From the NCBI RefSeq assembly GCF_000829315.1, contig NZ_AP013028.1, positions 1,140,001-1,172,000 of the forward strand: DNA of 32,000 bases, read 5' to 3'. The position numbers were made by a program, and so were the translations under genes. Under the pieces are notes generated by a model. That model worked only from the letters and a program-made list of their open reading frames with translations, was not told where the DNA came from and did not search any database. The DNA comes from Wolbachia endosymbiont of Cimex lectularius. GTDB lineage: Bacteria > Pseudomonadota > Alphaproteobacteria > Rickettsiales > Anaplasmataceae. This document shows positions 27,606 through 32,000 of this stretch, one piece after another; position 1 is the first letter of the stretch; the number at the start of each line of letters is the position of its first letter.

Positions 27606-28478
27606 ATGACACAAAATATTTCAATTGTTAGCAAGGACTTAATTAGTATTGAACTAATCGACAAGCAAGATTTAGAGAATTTCATCAAAATTTTTACAGT
27701 ACTTGATAAGCACGTAGCAGCAAAAACACTTTTTACAGAGGAGGTGAGAATAGAGTATAAACAACACAACAACGTGGAGGGTGTTGATTTACTGAAAAGT
27801 TCAGGCTTTACGTATCATGATGTTGAAAATGTATTACATCACTTGAGTAAACATGGAATGAAGGTGCCAAGCAACGTCATAGCACACACTCTCTTTTCTG
27901 CATATAATAATGCACTTGAATCTAAGGATATAGCGTTTTCCCTTTTTGAGGGCTCTCCACAGTATAATATTAGAGTAAATAAGAACAACTTCATAATAAC
28001 TTCTATGAGTGAAAAGGATTTGGAGCTAAGTTCTCAAAATAGCAGAGTGTTCATAGAGTTGCTAAAGAGCGAGAAAAGTATTTATAATTGCATAGTAGAA
28101 GAAAATACTATTAATGTTGTGGTACATTCTGAGATACATCAGGCTATAAATTTGGTTATAAAATCACTGATAAAATCTAGCCTTTTAGCACAAGAGGAAG
28201 AAGCAAAACTCAAAGAAAAATTGAGACAACTTGCTTTTAAGGATCAAGCTTTTGTTGAGTATTCCAGCATCAAAACTATTAATAGATATCCACACAATCA
28301 TCCTTTGAGAAAGTATGAAAACATTACTAAGGGTATAGAAAACATTCTATGTGATTTTATAACAAACGAGAATAGTGAGTCTGCTATAGAGCAAATAAAT
28401 AGGCTTAATTCGAAAGTTTCTCCAGATACTCCAAGAATCATTACTAAGACTATAGATAAACTTGTTAAGTTCCACTAA
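27606..28478 (+). CDS. Conserved hypothetical protein
   Basis: 290 aa ORF with normal codon use; no recognised domain. Confidence 0.6.
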   Translation: MTQNISIVSKDLISIELIDKQDLENFIKIFTVLDKHVAAKTLFTEEVRIEYKQHNNVEGVDLLKSSGFTYHDVENVLHHLSKHGMKVPSNVIAHTLFSAYNNALESKDIAFSLFEGSPQYNIRVNKNNFIITSMSEKDLELSSQNSRVFIELLKSEKSIYNCIVEENTINVVVHSEIHQAINLVIKSLIKSSLLAQEEEAKLKEKLRQLAFKDQAFVEYSSIKTINRYPHNHPLRKYENITKGIENILCDFITNENSESAIEQINRLNSKVSPDTPRIITKTIDKLVKFH

Positions 28479-28526
28479 GGTATTTTGCATGTTATTCTCG
28501 TGCTGCACACGGGAATAACATCAAAA

Positions 28527-29039
28527 TTAGAAAACCTTAAATCGCCAAAATTTCTCTTTGCCTTTACTAATTCCGATTCTTGGGGTGCAAATATAATCTG
28601 GTTTGAGGTGAGATTCGTAAACACAAAATTTGTGGCTTATAGTGAGGTCTTGTTTGTTGTGTTCTTTGGTAATATTCAACCTTTTGCACAGTGTTCCTGG
28701 CCCACCTAGATTTGCTTCAAGCGGTTCAGTGAGCTTCAATCCCCTTATCAATACTGCTGCTGGAAACCCTTCTGTTTCTGTTACGATGTTTAAACAGTAA
28801 TACATTCCATATATGAAGTATACGTACGAAAACCCCGGCATACCAAACATTACCGAGGTTCGATCAGTATAGCCTCGCGCTGCATGACAAGCTGGATCAT
28901 CCACTCCAATATAGGCTTCAACTTCAGTTATTATTCCACTAAAGTTGGAAAATTTGAGGACTTTTCCCAATAACTCTCCAGCTACAACCAAAGTCGGCCG
29001 CTCGTAGAAATTTCTTGGTAGTATTGTATTGTTCATCAT
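28527..29039 (-). CDS. mpg: 3-methyladenine DNA glycosylase (AAG/Mpg family)
   Basis: 170 aa; [56 protein letters not shown]. Confidence 0.93.
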   Translation of the reverse strand: MMNNTILPRNFYERPTLVVAGELLGKVLKFSNFSGIITEVEAYIGVDDPACHAARGYTDRTSVMFGMPGFSYVYFIYGMYYCLNIVTETEGFPAAVLIRGLKLTEPLEANLGGPGTLCKRLNITKEHNKQDLTISHKFCVYESHLKPDYICTPRIGISKGKEKFWRFKVF

Positions 29040-29158
29040 AGAAGTATAAGTTACTTACATTTGCAAGCAACTTATACTGATACCAACTCCACTACACAGA
29101 AGGCGGACAGACGTAAAGTGGAAAAAAGCTATAACGTCATCCAACAGAAACAAAAAAA

Positions 29159-29551
29159 CTACTTGACAAATCTCACCAACCCTCTTAGAACCTGTTTAAA
29201 ATCTTCGTAACAGAGAGAAATGAAGGAGAGGACTATCATCTGTAAGCTAGTGTTGAGCTTCCGCTCGCAATTTTTCCACAATCGCCTGCACTTTTCTAAC
29301 CAGGCAAAAGAGCGTTCAACAACCCATCTTTTTGGCAATACGACGAAAGTGTGTAACTCACTTCGCTTTATTACTTCAACAGTCGCACCAATGATAGCTT
29401 TTATTTGTGTTGCAAAATTTTCTCCTGTGTAGCCAGCATCAACCAGTATGTTTTTAACTTCAGAGAGGTTTGCTTTAGCATTTTCGACCATTTTCACAGC
29501 ACTGCTACGGTCAGTTGCTTCTGCCGTTGTTACATAAATTGCATGTGGCAA
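29159..29551 (-). pseudogene. IS5-family transposase OrfB with altered C-terminus running out of the IS
   Basis: Single-base deletion (CGTAACAGAGAG versus CGTAACAGGAGAG) changes SFISLLLRRF* to SFISLCYEDFKQVLRGLVRFVK*. Confidence 0.7.
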
Positions 29552-30046
29552 ACCTTGTGTATCAACTGCAATATGGCGCTTTATCCCTGAAATCTTTTTA
29601 CCTGCATCATAGCCTTTTTTTTCAGCAGTATCTGCGTTTTTAACGCTTTGAGAATCAATTATACAAAAGCTAGTTTTCTCTTTCCGACCATTGCTGATAC
29701 GGACCTCTCCAACTAATTTTTTTTAAGACTAATTCCAACAAGCTTGGCTCTTCTCCATTCTTTTTACTCCACACTCGAAAATAGTAATATACGCTTTCCC
29801 ATCTTGGAAAACCCTTTGGTAACATCCTCCACTGACAACCACTTTTTAAGACGTACAACACCCCACAAAATACGTCATACAAATCAAGTTTTCTTGGTTT
29901 TGTTTTCTGCTTGCTACTCTCCAAAATTGGCCTGATTTTTTCAAACTGCTCTTGACTTATATTACTTGGATAACTTTTCTGCATAGACACCTCATTATTA
30001 ATCTATGCTTACTTTACCTCACATTTCCAAGATTTTAAACAGGTTC
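29188..30046 (-). mobile_element. ISWpi1-like IS5-family insertion sequence, copy 3 (859 bp)
   Basis: GAACCTGTTTAAAATCTT terminal repeats; TTA duplication (29185-29187 / 30047-30049). Confidence 0.96.
29670..29990 (-). CDS. IS5-family transposase OrfA
   Basis: Identical to the other two copies. Confidence 0.9.
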   Translation of the reverse strand: MSMQKSYPSNISQEQFEKIRPILESSKQKTKPRKLDLYDVFCGVLYVLKSGCQWRMLPKGFPRWESVYYYFRVWSKKNGEEPSLLELVLKKISWRGPYQQWSEREN

Positions 30047-30503
30047 TTATAATGATACTAAAGCTATTTGTTTATCTTCGCAATCTGTGCAGGTTAAAGA
30101 CAAAAAACTTAGGGTATTTGGCGTCTCATGTTTAAATTTTTGCACTATGTGCACCTCACGTCTTTTTAAAACTTCTGGTTTTTACCTATACAAGCTGAAA
30201 CGCGCTTATAAGTCGTTTAAGACAGTATAGAACGTCAAATAGACAAGGGAGAATTTGAATACTAGCTGCCCTAGAGTTTTTTTGCCTTTTTTTCCGCTCA
30301 GTAAAATTCTTAACGTTTACAGTTTTGGTTAGTTGCATTTAAAAGTAGCTGAATCGTAGCGCTGAGAATAAAAACGCCGATATTTGAGGTACATATAAAT
30401 AATTAGCCACCAACGGGGCTTCTTTTGCTTTTTTCTCCATTTGGTAAGTTTCTTAAATATTAAAGCAATTCATGAACGAACATTTATTTTTACAACAAGT
30501 GGT

Positions 30504-30532
30504 GTCATTCCAGCGTCACGCGCTGGAATGAC
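30504..30532. repeat. Palindromic element GTCATTCCAGCG-TCACG-CGCTGGAATGAC
   Basis: Perfect 12-bp arms 30504-30515 and 30521-30532. Confidence 0.85.
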
Positions 30533-30695
30533 AAAAAAAGGAGGCGCTGGGATGACAAGAAAAGGAGCTACTTACATGACACCACTTTTGCTTCAATGTT
30601 TACCACGCCCCTTATATGTTAAGAACAAGCAATTTTCTCATAGTAACAGTAGAGGCAATTTTATATGGTTCTTTATGTTGATTATATAATAAAGA

Positions 30696-31187
30696 TCATC
30701 CTTCGCAAAAAGCGGGAAGGAAGGCTAAAAGACAGCTAACCATAACATTGGAAAGACATCTAGCTGGTAGGCCTCTCAATAAATCAATTATTTCCTTATT
30801 CTTAGCAAAAGAAAGCGGTTTTTTACCATTATTATCTTTTATGTTAGTTTTAGCTTCTGCTTCGAGAAGAAGTTCAACCATATCAGTGTTATTGAAACAA
30901 GTAGCATAGTGCAATACAGTTCTCCCCAGATTGTCTTGGGCATCAATGTCTGCTCCTGCTCTGAGAAGAAGTTCAACCATATCAGTATCATTGAAATAAG
31001 CAGCATAATGTAAAGCAGTTCTTTTCATATCATCTTTGGCATTAATGTCTGTATGCTTGCCCATTAGACGCTCATGGCCTACTGGTCCAACTTCATTATT
31101 ACGGTACTCCTTTAAAATTTTATATAAATCATAACCTCTGGTACCATTTAGCATAATTTTACCTCCATATACACTAACGATTGACAA
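30696..31187 (-). CDS. Small ankyrin-repeat protein
   Basis: KRTALHYAAYFNDTDMVELLLRAGADIDAQDNLGRTVLHYATCFNNTDMVELLLEAEAKTNIKDNNGKKP. Confidence 0.9.
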   Translation of the reverse strand: MSIVSVYGGKIMLNGTRGYDLYKILKEYRNNEVGPVGHERLMGKHTDINAKDDMKRTALHYAAYFNDTDMVELLLRAGADIDAQDNLGRTVLHYATCFNNTDMVELLLEAEAKTNIKDNNGKKPLSFAKNKEIIDLLRGLPARCLSNVMVSCLLAFLPAFCEG

Positions 31188-31249
31188 GTATTTTTATAAA
31201 GCTCAACATATTGCATTTATAGAAGAGTTGCAAGATATCTTTTAAGCAT

Positions 31250-32000
31250 TTATTTTTTATTCTTAATTAACTCTAAAGCTTTTTTCAAATCTATACTTTC
31301 AATGTCTGCATTTTTGCCTAAGGCAACATTTGTTTTACCGCATTTTATATAGAATCCATACTTACCGTTGCAGATGAAAACTTCTTTTCCCTTGTCATTA
31401 AAACCGAGGGATTTTAGCTCTTTACGTGGGCTTTTTGCAATAATTTGCACAGCTTCATCCAATTGCGTGTCCAATACCTCCTTGGAGCTCTTCTTAAGAG
31501 AAAAGTATCTACCATCATAGAAAATATAGTACCCAAATCTTCCAAGGCCTATTTTTACTTCCTTCCCGGTTTCTGGGTGTTCTCCGATTACTTTTGGCAA
31601 GGAAAGTAACTGAATAGCGGTATTCAGATCAATATCATTAACATTTATATCTTTTGGTATGGAAACCGTTTTTTTCTTTTTCGACTCGTTATTGAATTCC
31701 AGGTAAAGCCCAAAAGGGCCTTTTTTGATCATCACCTCTTGCCCTGTCACATCGTCTATACCCAAACTTTTTGGGTATTCTGAGTTGTCATTACTACCTG
31801 TAATTTCTTTTGTATGGCTGCATGCAGGGTAGTTAGAACATCCAAGAAATACTCCCGCTCTTCCAAAATTCAATTTCAATATACCATCAGAACAATCAGG
31901 ACATTTTTTGCCTATTTCTTCCTTTCCTTCTTCTGAACAAAACCAATCGACTACCAAGCTGTAAATGCCGCTAAAAATCTCATCATGCGTCATTTGCTTG
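31250..32000 (-). CDS. topA: DNA topoisomerase I, C-terminal part (runs off the window)
   Basis: MTHDEIF..., CPDCSDGILKLNFGRAGVFLGCSNYPACSHTKEI zinc-ribbon, then repeated GPFGLYLEF/GRFGYYIFYDGRY/GKYGFYIKCG units; frame is open to the window end. Confidence 0.93.
   Translation of the reverse strand, partial: KQMTHDEIFSGIYSLVVDWFCSEEGKEEIGKKCPDCSDGILKLNFGRAGVFLGCSNYPACSHTKEITGSNDNSEYPKSLGIDDVTGQEVMIKKGPFGLYLEFNNESKKKKTVSIPKDINVNDIDLNTAIQLLSLPKVIGEHPETGKEVKIGLGRFGYYIFYDGRYFSLKKSSKEVLDTQLDEAVQIIAKSPRKELKSLGFNDKGKEVFICNGKYGFYIKCGKTNVALGKNADIESIDLKKALELIKNKK

Larger units (their letters stand above)
29150..30460 (+). repeat. Dispersed promoter-bearing repeat, copy E4, interrupted by ISWpi1 (29188-30046)
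   Basis: ACTACTTGACAAATCTCACCAACCCTC before the IS; TTATAATGATAC...CTTCGCAATCTGTGCAGGTTAAAGAC...GCACTATGTGCAC after it; hairpin 30198-30218; terminator-like modules to about 30440. Confidence 0.85.

Overview
This is a chromosomal window from an alphaproteobacterial endosymbiont, almost certainly Wolbachia. That identification rests on ISWpi1-type insertion sequences, ankyrin genes, a WO-like terminase remnant and the overall gene content. Housekeeping genes recognised: fbpA-like, nadK, rpmE, fabD, gpmI, purF, purN, mnhE-like, two M16 peptidases, lspA, ribF, a glutaredoxin, a 3-methyladenine DNA glycosylase, and the C-terminal part of topA.

Points of interest:
(1) A Chlamydia-like folate cluster at 11192-14876 (CADD/pABA-synthase-like, folB, folKP, folA, COG1478/FolC2-like). 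The CADD homolog keeps every metal-ligand position and the Tyr/Lys positions I recall for the chlamydial self-sacrificing enzyme.
(2) A dispersed non-coding repeat family in four copies. Each carries a near-perfect or perfect sigma70 promoter (TTGACA-N17-TATAAT-like), a conserved hairpin with a compensatory change, and tandem terminator-like 3' modules. One copy has its promoter split exactly between -35 and -10 by ISWpi1.
(3) Three complete ISWpi1 copies and one partial copy, each complete copy with a 3-bp TNA target duplication. They differ by single-base indels that alter the transposase frames.
(4) Several decaying genes that an ORF track alone hides: a terminase with three lesions, terC with an amber at codon 6, and an ankyrin gene with a 1-nt homopolymer frameshift.

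No CRISPR array, tRNA or rRNA was recognised. I could not identify a wholly new defence-like system. The strongest candidate for something undescribed is the promoter-bearing repeat/RNA family.
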